From Eukaryota sp. GEM-RC1 (lineage: Eukaryota): a DNA stretch of 64,000 bases. Positions 13,604 to 23,623 of the stretch are shown one piece after another. Within the stretch, counting starts at the first letter, position 1. Each line of letters starts with the position of its first letter. The position numbers and the translations under genes are program-made. Location: contig JAUFOQ010000001.1 of NCBI GenBank assembly GCA_040285855.1, positions 2,728,001 through 2,792,000 on the forward strand. Reading direction: 5' to 3'. The notes under the pieces were generated by a model. That model had not been told where the DNA came from and did not search any database. It saw nothing but the letters and a program-made list of their open reading frames with translations.

Positions 13604-14100
13604 CTCCTAATGAACTAGGAATGTTAATTAGTTCAGTTCAGTTCACACCTCCATGAACGGAACAGAACTAAATGAACTTACATTTTATTCCATTTTTATT
13701 ACTACATAAATGCACTTTTTTACCACATATAAGGAACGTAGGATGAAATATCTCAATAGTGTTATGAAATGGTCAACTTAAAGCCACGTAAGAACGCAAG
13801 TGTTTAAAGATCAAATTTACCGTTTTCTTAGTTAAATATACCTTTCTTAATGGTAAATTTACTGCGAAGAGCCGAAAGCGGAAGAAATTGAAGATCGTCG
13901 AAAGCAAGTGTTTGCGGAGTTGAACAAGTATATCACAGAAGCTACTTGTGATGTTTCATCCAATCCTTTACACTATTGGACCTGGAAATCACAACGCGTA
14001 CCCTAGATTGTCAACGCTATTTTGGAGAAATGCAACAATTAAAGCCAGTAGTGTTGCGTCTGAGCGTTTGTTTTTACTTGCAAGACTGATTGCATGTAAA

Positions 14101-14191
14101 TGTTAGCCACAGGTGTTAGTGAAGTGTTACTAGTACGTATAATTTGATTTATAAACACCCTTTACCTTCCCCTTTGCACCTTTAGGTATTA
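14101..14191 (+). repeat. 5' LTR of copy 2
   Basis: Exact 91-bp repeat. Confidence 0.95.
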
Positions 14192-14206
14192 ATAATTATT
14201 ATCCTC

Positions 14207-17020
14207 ATGGTAAAAAAGAGGAATCTTACTACAGCTGCTCCTAAGAAAGGAGTTACTAACCGCAGACAGCCAAGTAGGTCTGTCAAAAAGACCAGAGTAT
14301 CGAAGAGCTCTGCCACCCCGATCGAAGTGCCTACTGAATCCTCAGTAGATGAAGAGGACTTTGTGTCCGAACTCTCCTCACCCGAGAGTCTCTCCTCACA
14401 CGAGAGCCCATCTTCAAACGTTGATGGAAGTTCCTTGGCTTCTTCGGAAGCCGGCGAAACGACTGGTATAAGACCCTTGGGCTCTTCGGAGTCTGGCGGC
14501 AACCCTGGTCCTTTGGAGTCATCCATTGGACCAGAACAGGAAGATCCTCTTGGAATCAAGAAGGTTCTGGAGAAATACGGAGTCCCCGTTATCTTTTCAG
14601 ATACCACTAGTACTCCGGGAGACAATGTTGTGGGTAATGCTACTTCGTCTGTAGTTCAGCCAACATCATTGCCCTCTCATCATGTTTCTGATTCTTCCTT
14701 GTTAGTTAGTAGTTTATTAAATAAAGATAACGTTGATCCTTCAGTTCCTCTGTCTAGAGAGGTTGAAGAGAGCCTTAGGCAACTTCAAACAGTCCTAGCT
14801 CAGCATAAGACCAGGGCAGAAGAAGCAAAACGACAGCTTCTGGAGCAACAGCAAAAAACAGCTAATCTTTCCATGACTGAGAGAGCTCTAGCTGTAGAAC
14901 AACAAACCGGTTATGTGTCTAGACCTCATAGAGATGCAGTTCCCAACGATCTCATCCCGTTTGTAAGTCCGTACGATCAGAGTGTCTCCATCTCTGACTA
15001 CGACTTGTGGCATCTTGCCAAATTTGCTCCCTGGCATCCCACTTTGCGTCATAGAATGCCTGCTGGAAGACATTACTTGCTGAAAAATGTTCCTCCTGGC
15101 ACGTCTCCTCAAGCCATAAAACAGTTTTTGGGTGACTTATATGATAGTAGAGCTGGTGATACTTATAGGTTTCCTTCCACCTACTCTTGGGATCCTAGAC
15201 ATGGTATCATCATTGAACCTTTAGTCCAGATATTCAGTGCTGATGGTCAGTCAGTTTCATATGAATACTCCGCCTGGTACTTACATTCGTTGAACAATAA
15301 ACGCAAGTTATATCACAACGTTTCTGTAAGTACCGAATGGCTCCCTACTGGTCATCAGTATAGTCATTTACCTGCGGCGACAAGAGTTCTGGATAGTTTG
15401 TCAACTTCACCACAAGATGTTGACTCTGTCCCTGTTCAACCTTTTTCTGGAATTGGTGGTTCCCAATTGGTACTCCCATTAGCTTCTCAAGCTATGTGTG
15501 AAAAAGCTACATTTGCTCCGAAACTTTCTGATTTAAATGGCTTAGATAGTGTTCAAAGATTCTTCCCTGGTGAAGTTTACAGACCTGAGCAGGTTGATAG
15601 ATTTACACACGGTCTTAGAGATAGTATCTCTACCCAAAATTTTGAAGCTCAATTTGGTGGTGAAGAAAGATTCATCAGCTTAGAAGAACATGAAAGTGTT
15701 TATCGTAAGCCAGAAGGCTTTGCTAAAGGTTGTGATGAATCTATGTCCATGGCTCTCTCCTCAGAACAGCTTGCTCAAAATAGAAAAAATCATGTTGCTC
15801 ACATGACCAGAAGTAGAAAAACTCCTAAACGATCAAATTCGATCGAGATAAGTGATCTGACTTCTCAATCAAAATCACCTTTGGCAGAACTTTCTGATGT
15901 CACTGACTCTATGTCTGAAGATAGCTCATCTGAAGACGAAGAACCGAACGTTTTGGCTGATACTCCCATCATTTTGTCTGGTGTCCCTCAAAGAAAAGAT
16001 CGAACAAAGAAAAAGTCCATTTCAAAGAAATCAAGACCCAGCTGCCTCAAATCCGAGAGTCGCGAGGACATAATTAAGTTCATCCATGAATTTAGTTATT
16101 GGGCAATTCATGTCCGGAAACAATCAAATCGTAAAGACTTTGACACTCGTTTAGGTATCGCTCCAATCAATAAATTTGATCTCGTAAGACTCACTTTGTT
16201 AGAGATTGATCCTACTGGTGTTTCCGAATTCATTGATCGTCAATTGCTGAGTGACTGGAAGCTTCTAAATGTTCCAGGTCCAGATTCAAACATAACTGAA
16301 AAAGACCTTTGGTTCAGATTGGTTCTCCTGAGCCAATACACTTCTACTACTCAAGCTATGGGTGATCTGAAGAATCTTAGACTTAGTCAATCTAATGATC
16401 CATCCACTGTAATGAATCGGTACCTAAAGCTTGTTATCAACATTTTAAAATGTTCGACAGCCATTTCCCTAGGTACTGGTAGAACTTTTCTCCCAGCTAG
16501 CATCTCAGCCGACTTAGTGTTATGTACACTCAATCCTCAGAAAGAAATTGCTGCTCTAAACGATCTCCAAGTTAAGTGGGAACACACTTTAAAGAACAAT
16601 GAACATTTGCTTCCTGAATTTTTGAGTGAAGTAAAGACAGCTTGGATCGATTACAAGCGTTCGATGCCAACGACATCGTTTTCAAACTCTCAAAGAAGGT
16701 CTCGTGACCATTCCCGTGGAAATTCTCGTTTTCCTAGAAAGTCCTTCAACCAGAGGTACTCTAAACCCTCTGATGGTAAGTCCACTGATGTAGAATGTTT
16801 CAAATGTGGCAAAAAGGCCATTATGCTCCTGATTGTCGTAAATCTCAGGATAATGCAAAGTCCAATAAGCGTAGGTCTGGTGATAGTCGTCCTGATAGTC
16901 GTTCTCGTAGTTTTAAAAATCATAAATCTCCTAGATACATTTTCAAAATTGATAATGCACAACATAATTCAAACAAAAACACTACACCACTCAAATACAC
17001 TAACCCTTTGGCTACTTTGA
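14207..17020 (+). CDS. gag: Gag with long N-terminal extension, copy 2
   Basis: Starts 15 nt after the LTR. R/S-rich nucleocapsid region; CCHC knuckle split at the A5 run 16811-16815. Confidence 0.8.
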   Translation: MVKKRNLTTAAPKKGVTNRRQPSRSVKKTRVSKSSATPIEVPTESSVDEEDFVSELSSPESLSSHESPSSNVDGSSLASSEAGETTGIRPLGSSESGGNPGPLESSIGPEQEDPLGIKKVLEKYGVPVIFSDTTSTPGDNVVGNATSSVVQPTSLPSHHVSDSSLLVSSLLNKDNVDPSVPLSREVEESLRQLQTVLAQHKTRAEEAKRQLLEQQQKTANLSMTERALAVEQQTGYVSRPHRDAVPNDLIPFVSPYDQSVSISDYDLWHLAKFAPWHPTLRHRMPAGRHYLLKNVPPGTSPQAIKQFLGDLYDSRAGDTYRFPSTYSWDPRHGIIIEPLVQIFSADGQSVSYEYSAWYLHSLNNKRKLYHNVSVSTEWLPTGHQYSHLPAATRVLDSLSTSPQDVDSVPVQPFSGIGGSQLVLPLASQAMCEKATFAPKLSDLNGLDSVQRFFPGEVYRPEQVDRFTHGLRDSISTQNFEAQFGGEERFISLEEHESVYRKPEGFAKGCDESMSMALSSEQLAQNRKNHVAHMTRSRKTPKRSNSIEISDLTSQSKSPLAELSDVTDSMSEDSSSEDEEPNVLADTPIILSGVPQRKDRTKKKSISKKSRPSCLKSESREDIIKFIHEFSYWAIHVRKQSNRKDFDTRLGIAPINKFDLVRLTLLEIDPTGVSEFIDRQLLSDWKLLNVPGPDSNITEKDLWFRLVLLSQYTSTTQAMGDLKNLRLSQSNDPSTVMNRYLKLVINILKCSTAISLGTGRTFLPASISADLVLCTLNPQKEIAALNDLQVKWEHTLKNNEHLLPEFLSEVKTAWIDYKRSMPTTSFSNSQRRSRDHSRGNSRFPRKSFNQRYSKPSDGKSTDVECFKCGKKAIMLLIVVNLRIMQSPISVGLVIVVLIVVLVVLKIINLLDTFSKLIMHNIIQTKTLHHSNTLTLWLL

Positions 17021-20000
17021 TCACACAATCAAGTACGGGTAAAAGTGTTTCATCAGTTGAAACAATTCGTAGTCTCAACCAGAACCTAGGGTTCGAAACT
17101 AAAGGTAAAGGTCCTTTATGTATTCGATTGTTAATCAACAATGTACCAGTAGTAGGAGAATTTGACTCAGCAGCATCATGTTCAGTAATTTCTCAAGATT
17201 TGATACGCTACTGTGAGATGACAACAACTGATAGTTGTATTGAATACATCTCAGCGAATAATATTCGTGCTACTTCCTTAGGTAGTGCAATTGGTGTTCT
17301 GACGTTCAACGTTGGCAGCTTGGCCAACCAGATTCATGTTAAGCATACTCTACCTGTAGTTCCTGGAACGAAAATTCTCCTCATTGGTAGAGATTTGCAA
17401 GAAGAACTGGGGTTGCTTTCGGATGATGGTCTAGTCATTAGATTAGATAAAGAACATCGCACTATTCTCAATGCAGAGAGTGAATTTGATGAGAGAATGA
17501 GGTCTCCATCAATTTCGATTAATAGAGTTCAATCAAAATGTTCAATAAATCAACATTCAACACATTTTCCTATTGATCAGTACGGTAACACTCAATTAGA
17601 TATAAATCTGTTTGAAGAAACCATTGACAACTCTGGTTGCACGATAGAATTGGATGATCCTACAAGAAGAACGGAGCTTCTGAGCCTACTCAGTAAATAC
17701 AAACAAGTCTTTTCAGAAGACATACATCCTGATGGTATTGATTGTCCACCCATGACAATTCCATTTTATGATGAATCTGTCACTGTATTTCGTCCTCCTA
17801 GAAGGCTTAACCCTGAAAAACAGCGAATAGCCGAAGAAATTTTTAATGAACTTATACGACAAGGATGGGCCGTACCATCAACTGGTAAGTTCAGTAGTCC
17901 CATAGTCTTGGTGGTATATAATGATCACCGTAAGCCTCGTTTAACTGGAGATTTCAGTGGACCTGATGGGATTAATGCTAATACCAGACCGGTGAAACCA
18001 AATTTACCACGGATCTGTGATGTTCTAGAGTTCCTTTCGAAAGCTAATTTCATTGGAACACTTGACCTTCCTAAAGCATTCTGGCAGCTAAATGTAGCTG
18101 AAGAAGATGTCGAGAAGACCAGTGTGTCTATACCTGGAATGTCAATTAGCTTTAAACGAGCATGTTTTGGATTGAAAAACGTACCAGCAATCTTTCAAAA
18201 CATCATGATGGAAATTTTCAATGTCGAAGGTGTTTTCATTTATATTGATGATATAATTGTTGTAGGCAATACCTTTGAAGAGTTTATTTCAAGAATAAAT
18301 CTAGTACTGGAACGAGCAGAACGTTTTAGAGTACGGATTGGATTGAAGAAGTGTAGGTTCACCACTTCTAGACATCCTAATAAGATTCTGGGCAGCAACT
18401 TTTGTAATAAAACCCGTTGCATAGATGATAAAAGAGTTTCGGCGTTGATTGAGTTACCTGCTCCTTCAACTTTACCTGAAGTTAGAAGTTTACTTGGTGC
18501 TTTAAATTATGTTCGTGAATGGATTCCAAACTACTCGAACTTGACTGCATCAATCAATGAACTGACTCGTGGTAAACCCAAGAAAATTGCTTGGACAAAA
18601 GACCATGATGCTTTATTAGACAAAATTAAAACTGAAATAATAAACCATATGGCTTTAGACTTACCTGATACTGATAAGAACATTATCATATCCACAGATG
18701 CATCCGACATTGCTGTTGGTGGAGTGATCTGGCAGGAAGAAAATCCTCCAGCTCCTCCAGGAACTCCGTTAGAAGAACGTAGAGTTAGACCTGTATCGTT
18801 TTATAGCCGTTTACTCAATGATAGTCAACAGAATTGGGCAGCTATCCAGAAAGAGCTGTATGCCATTCTCTTGATTCTGACCGAATCTAGTTTAGAAGGT
18901 TTCCTATTAAGTAGGCATTTGACGATCTTTACAGATCATAGGAACCTTGCTTATCTGATTTCAGCTCCAGAGAAGAATCGTATTGTCAAACGATGGATTC
19001 CAATTTTCTCGGAGTTTGATTTTGAGATAGAGCATGTAGCTGGTACAAACAATCAATGGGCTGACATGTTATCACGTGTCATTGACCGTCGCCCAGTTGA
19101 AACAATCAAATCTCTGTTGATCTCAAATCATACCATCAGAAATGATATAATTCTTTCTCACGAAGGGTTAATCTATGATGAAGCTGATTACGTTGAGATG
19201 CTTCCTTGTAACACCAACATACTAGCTATCAAGAGTCTACAAGACCTCTCAACATACAATAAATTGCCTTTATTTGATTCTTGGTTATCAACCATTCGAG
19301 CTGAACAACACAAAGCTATCAATGAAGGAGATCAACTGTTTCAGGATTCAACACTGTGTACTATGAGCAACGTATACATCAACTCCAAGAACAAGATTTT
19401 GATTCCATCTAGTTTGAGAACGAAAGTTCTTTACATGCTACATGGATTAGTCCAGTCAGGACATCCAAACAAGAAACGAAGTTTGGAAATATTGTTCAAT
19501 AGTGGTTACTTTTGGCCAAGTATGAAAGCTGACATGGTAAAACATGTTAAGCAATGCCCTGCGTGTCAGAAAACGGCACCTGTCCCTAAAAGATAATTGA
19601 ATCGACGGGTTCTCTATGGGCTGATAGACCTTTTGCCAGACTTAATGTCGACACAATTGGTCCACTTCCAAAAGATCAAAATGGAAACCAATTCCTATTG
19701 GTGTTTGTAGATTCTTTCACCAGATACACCATTTTGAGCCCCCTCGAAGAACTTAACAGTAGAGAAGTAGCATATCGTCTTGTGTGGGATGTGATTGCTA
19801 TCTTTGGAATACCGTTTTGTATCCATAGTGATAATGGTACCGAGTTTGCCAATGCTATTTTCGAGGCAATATGTAACCTACTGGCGATTGAAGTAAGTCG
19901 TTCGATTCCTCATTTCTCCCAGAGTAATGGACTGGTGGAACGACGTCACAGAGACGTTCTGCAAAGCCTACGTCGTCTTCTTGTGGACTTCAATGATTAT

Positions 20001-20810
20001 GACAATTGGTCAACGTACATTCCAACTGTACAATTGCAAATCAACGCAACGAATAGTTCTGTGACTGGGCACTCACCTTATGAATTGATGTTTGGTAGTG
20101 ACATAAGTCCTGGTGCAGATCCTAGTAATTTACTAGCTGCTGTTGAGAAATCAACAAAGAATGTTCCGTTTATTAACGACATTAAAATGAAACTGGATCG
20201 TCTTACTAAAAAGAGAGAAGAGGCAGAGGTTCGTCAATCGAGACTCAAGCCAAAGAAGAAGTCTGGCCCCAGTCAATCATTCAATGTAGGAGACCTTGTT
20301 TTAAAAGCATCCAAAACTAGTAAGCTTCATGGTAATTACACTGGACCTTATTTAGTTGTCTCAATTGATTCGAAATCGTCAGTTTCCTTAAAGAATCTGA
20401 TCACTGGATATGTTAGTAAGACTAGCATTCATCAATGTAAGATCTTTCAATCAGATCTACCTGCTGATCATGATCTCCACAGAGCAATTGCTTCTGGGGA
20501 TTCTGAAGAACACATCGTGGTTAAGATCCTAGATAGGTTCAATACACCCGATGGTGAACATTGTACTGTACTTTGGTTTGGTGGTGATACTTCATCAGTT
20601 CCCACCAAGGACATCAAGAACACCAAGGCGTATAGTGAATTTGTAAAATTAGAAAATGTAGATTTATTTTGTAATAGTAGAAACGTAGCTAAGAGTAAAC
20701 CCACTAAGCTTAAACGTACCTCAAGTAGTATGAGTATTCCAAAGTCATCGTCTGTAGTTAAGACACCTGTAGCTAAGAGGACAAGGAGCTCAAGAAGAGA
20801 GAAGAGGTAA
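16795..20810 (+). CDS. pol: Pol (PR-RT-RH-IN-chromo-like), copy 2; one A missing at ~19588
   Basis: Same motifs as copy 1. Copy 1 is intact (PKKII) at this break. Confidence 0.93.
20792..20807 (+). promoter_or_regulatory. Polypurine tract overlapping the last pol codons
   Basis: AAGAAGAGAGAAGAGG, then the TAA stop, then the LTR TGTTAG. Copy 1 equivalent at 3063-3078. Confidence 0.85.
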
Positions 20811-20901
20811 TGTTAGCCACAGGTGTTAGTGAAGTGTTACTAGTACGTATAATTTGATTTATAAACACCCTTTACCTTCCCCTTTGCACCTTTAGGTATT
20901 A
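20811..20901 (+). repeat. 3' LTR of copy 2
   Basis: Exact 91-bp repeat. Confidence 0.95.
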
Positions 20902-21229
20902 TAAAACAAGACTCCAGTTAAGTGATGATTCAGTTCAATCGCATGTTTGCTTGCACTCATGGTTAATTACTGATGCTAATTAGAGTATGTTTTTCACATG
21001 ATGGTTTATTAAATTTTGGAACGATTGAGTACTACATGTACTTGTTGATGACTCGTTGATTTGATCTTAGGTGCATTATTGTGGAAACAATGGTAGATTT
21101 GCTTCAGTTCAGATAGTTCAGTTCAGTTCATGAACTAGTTCAGTTCAGTTCATGGTAGTCAGTGAACTAGTTCAGTTCAGTTCACACTTTTTTGAACTGA
21201 ACTGAACTGAACTATTTAACATTCCTATA

Positions 21230-22510
21230 ATGAACACAACACCTCTACTAACTGTATTTATGTGTAGTAGCATTGTTGCTGTTCTTTTCATGTATCAGAT
21301 ACCTCCATACATGGACGAACCTTTTCACTTTTATCAATGCATGAGGTATGCTCAGCTTGATTTCACATGGGATAACAAGATCACGACCTTTCCTGGCCTC
21401 TATATATTCTCTTCTCCCCTTCTCCTGGTCATTCGCTCCTTCATCAGTTCTTTTCCTTTACTTCTTACCATTTCACGTCTCACAAACGCTTTAGTTTCAT
21501 ACTACTGCTTCACTCTTCTACTCAAATTTCCATCCGATATCCGTCTTAGTTTCATATTGTTTCCTTTCCACTTCTTCTACACACACTTCTTCTATACAGA
21601 CTCCGGATCTTTAATCTTTCTTACTCTCTTCTTTCTTCAGTCAAGAGGATCGCCCCGTCCTACTGCTTCCATGTTAGTTTCAGCTGTTCTCGCTATTCTA
21701 TTCAGACAAACAAATATTCTTTACATTTCCGCCATCTTAGTTCTTCGATACTTTCACTTGTTACAAAACTGGATCACCACCTCTACTTCTATTCTATCTT
21801 TCCTTCGATCTTCCGTGTACCTAGTCAGATACTTTGTCTTTCTTTTACCCCTCTATATTGGGTTTGGTTGTTTCTTGATTTTAAATGATTTTTCATTGGT
21901 TTTAGGGGATAAATCTGCTCATGAGTTGGTGTTTCACCCAGCAATGATTGTGTATTTCTCTTTCTTTTCAATTTATCTATTTCCAGAAATATTTAAATAT
22001 ATTAGAATCTCTGTTTATTCTACCAAGCAGGTCTTTCTATACATTGCTACTTTTGTTCTAGTCTATGCACTATTTGTTTGGTTTCTGGACTCTAAAATCA
22101 GTCATCCTTATTTAATTTCTGATAACAGGCATTATTTGTTCTATTTCTACAAGAACGTGATACTTGCCTACTCTGGTTATGTCCTTGCCTTAGTCCCAGC
22201 TGTTGTTTTCTCAACCCTTTTGTTTACTACATATTCAGTTCTTCATTTAGAAGGTGTCGTTTTCCTATTGCTTTTGTTGATTCCGTTGATCCTGACTCCT
22301 TTGTTTGAGGTTAGGTATTTTGTACCACCTATATTGTTGTTACTGTTACTTTTTAATGATCAGACAATTATTTCAAATCAATCAGATGTTTGTTACTTGT
22401 CTTTGCTTAGAGTTGTGACTTGTTTTGTTATTAATTCGTTCACTTTCATTTCTTTTGTTTTTCCTTTTAAAACAGATGAAAACGGCGAATTTATTAGATT
22501 TGTTTGGTGA
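21230..22510 (+). CDS. ALG10: Dol-P-Glc:Glc2Man9GlcNAc2-PP-Dol alpha-1,2-glucosyltransferase (DIE2/ALG10)
   Basis: PYMDEPFH, WDNKITTFPGLY, FYTDSGS, FRQTN, GDKSAH, HPYLISDNRHY, PLFEVRYF, terminal RFVW; multi-pass membrane protein. Confidence 0.93.
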   Translation: MNTTPLLTVFMCSSIVAVLFMYQIPPYMDEPFHFYQCMRYAQLDFTWDNKITTFPGLYIFSSPLLLVIRSFISSFPLLLTISRLTNALVSYYCFTLLLKFPSDIRLSFILFPFHFFYTHFFYTDSGSLIFLTLFFLQSRGSPRPTASMLVSAVLAILFRQTNILYISAILVLRYFHLLQNWITTSTSILSFLRSSVYLVRYFVFLLPLYIGFGCFLILNDFSLVLGDKSAHELVFHPAMIVYFSFFSIYLFPEIFKYIRISVYSTKQVFLYIATFVLVYALFVWFLDSKISHPYLISDNRHYLFYFYKNVILAYSGYVLALVPAVVFSTLLFTTYSVLHLEGVVFLLLLLIPLILTPLFEVRYFVPPILLLLLLFNDQTIISNQSDVCYLSLLRVVTCFVINSFTFISFVFPFKTDENGEFIRFVW

Positions 22511-23623
22511 TTCTAAACTGTTTCTCGTAAACACTCAACTTGGGACTTTTCTTTTGTTTAAAACTACTTTAATTAGTATTGGGTATTCACTTGTTCTTTT
22601 TATTTCAAGATTTGAAATTCTTCTCATCTTTTGAATACTGGAACTTTTTTGAATTTTTCAGATTTTTACTGGGGCTAAGCCATATTTCTTTCGTGTATTG
22701 ATGTTTGTATAGATTACTTCTAGTTTATTTGATGGTATGTAAAATTCTGATTTGAAAACTTGTTGAATAACATCATTACATGTACAGTAGGTCAAAACTG
22801 TGGTGTTTTTGGGTGGTGATGAAGTCGTTTGGATTTAATCTTAGTATTATTTGTTTGTTTTTACAATTTCATAGTTTGTAGAAAGGTTACCTTATTGGGT
22901 GCCGAATAAACATCTCTCTCTCAAACTGTGTGTTGAACCAATAATATTTGTAGCATTATATTGTATTAAAATAATATATGTATATTTCATATTCAATATG
23001 TTTTAACATTGACTTTAAACTTGTTTATATTTGCACTTCGTTTTGGTTTCTTCTAGTATACTTTCTAAGAATCAAGCTAGTGGTGATATTGACTAAAAAC
23101 TTTCCAGTTGAATTTGAAATTGTAAAGTATACTCCGACTACTACAACAAATATTGACTTTAAAATTCTTTAAATAAATCAAAAACAGAGATTTATGATCA
23201 TTACCATATCTGGAAAATACACTTTTCTGTATTTTCTGTATTTTTGTATTTCGTGTATTTGTGTACATGTAGGCAATCATTTAACATCATTGTTGTATGT
23301 ACACTACTAAGAATACCGATATTACAACATCATTGCATTTGTATTTTTGTACTTTAATCTGCATCTGTATTTTTGTATTTGTATTTTGTTCAACAATTGT
23401 ATTTTCCAGGTACATGTACATGTATATGTATGATCAATACAGTGAAGTATTTGTTTTTGCTAAAATAATAACAAAAGTATCAAAAGTAACGATCCCCATG
23501 TCATCCAAACAACTTATCTTAAATCGAATTATAATATTTGTACATAGAACGAAACATTGCAAACGTCACACAAGTCCTATTCAACCAAAAATTGTCATTC
23601 CAAAAAGTAATTTCATTTGATCA

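Larger units (their letters stand above)
14101..20901 (+). mobile_element. Ty3/Gypsy-type LTR retrotransposon, copy 2 (6801 bp)
   Basis: LTRs at 14101-14191 and 20811-20901; TSD TAAA at 14097-14100 and 20902-20905. Confidence 0.97.
13616..21227 (+). mobile_element. Non-autonomous hAT DNA transposon (~0.8 kb) interrupted by LTR element copy 2
   Basis: ~30-bp TIR TAGGAATGTTAA(T/A)TAGTTCAGTTCAGTTCA; 8-bp TSD TAATGAAC (13608-13615, 21228-21235); AGTTC subterminal repeats. hAT dimerisation-domain remnant YPRL..ASSVASERLF..CK|TRLQL..LHSW continues in frame across the insertion. Confidence 0.92.

Noticed and set aside
21105..21215. CRISPR-like or telomeric array (AGTTC/GAACT repeats; also 13033-13140)
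   Set aside because: These are subterminal repeats of TIR/TSD-bounded hAT elements; there are no spacers or cas genes.
23070..23500. GTATTT-rich segment resembling a MITE
   Set aside because: No convincing TIR pair or TSD found.
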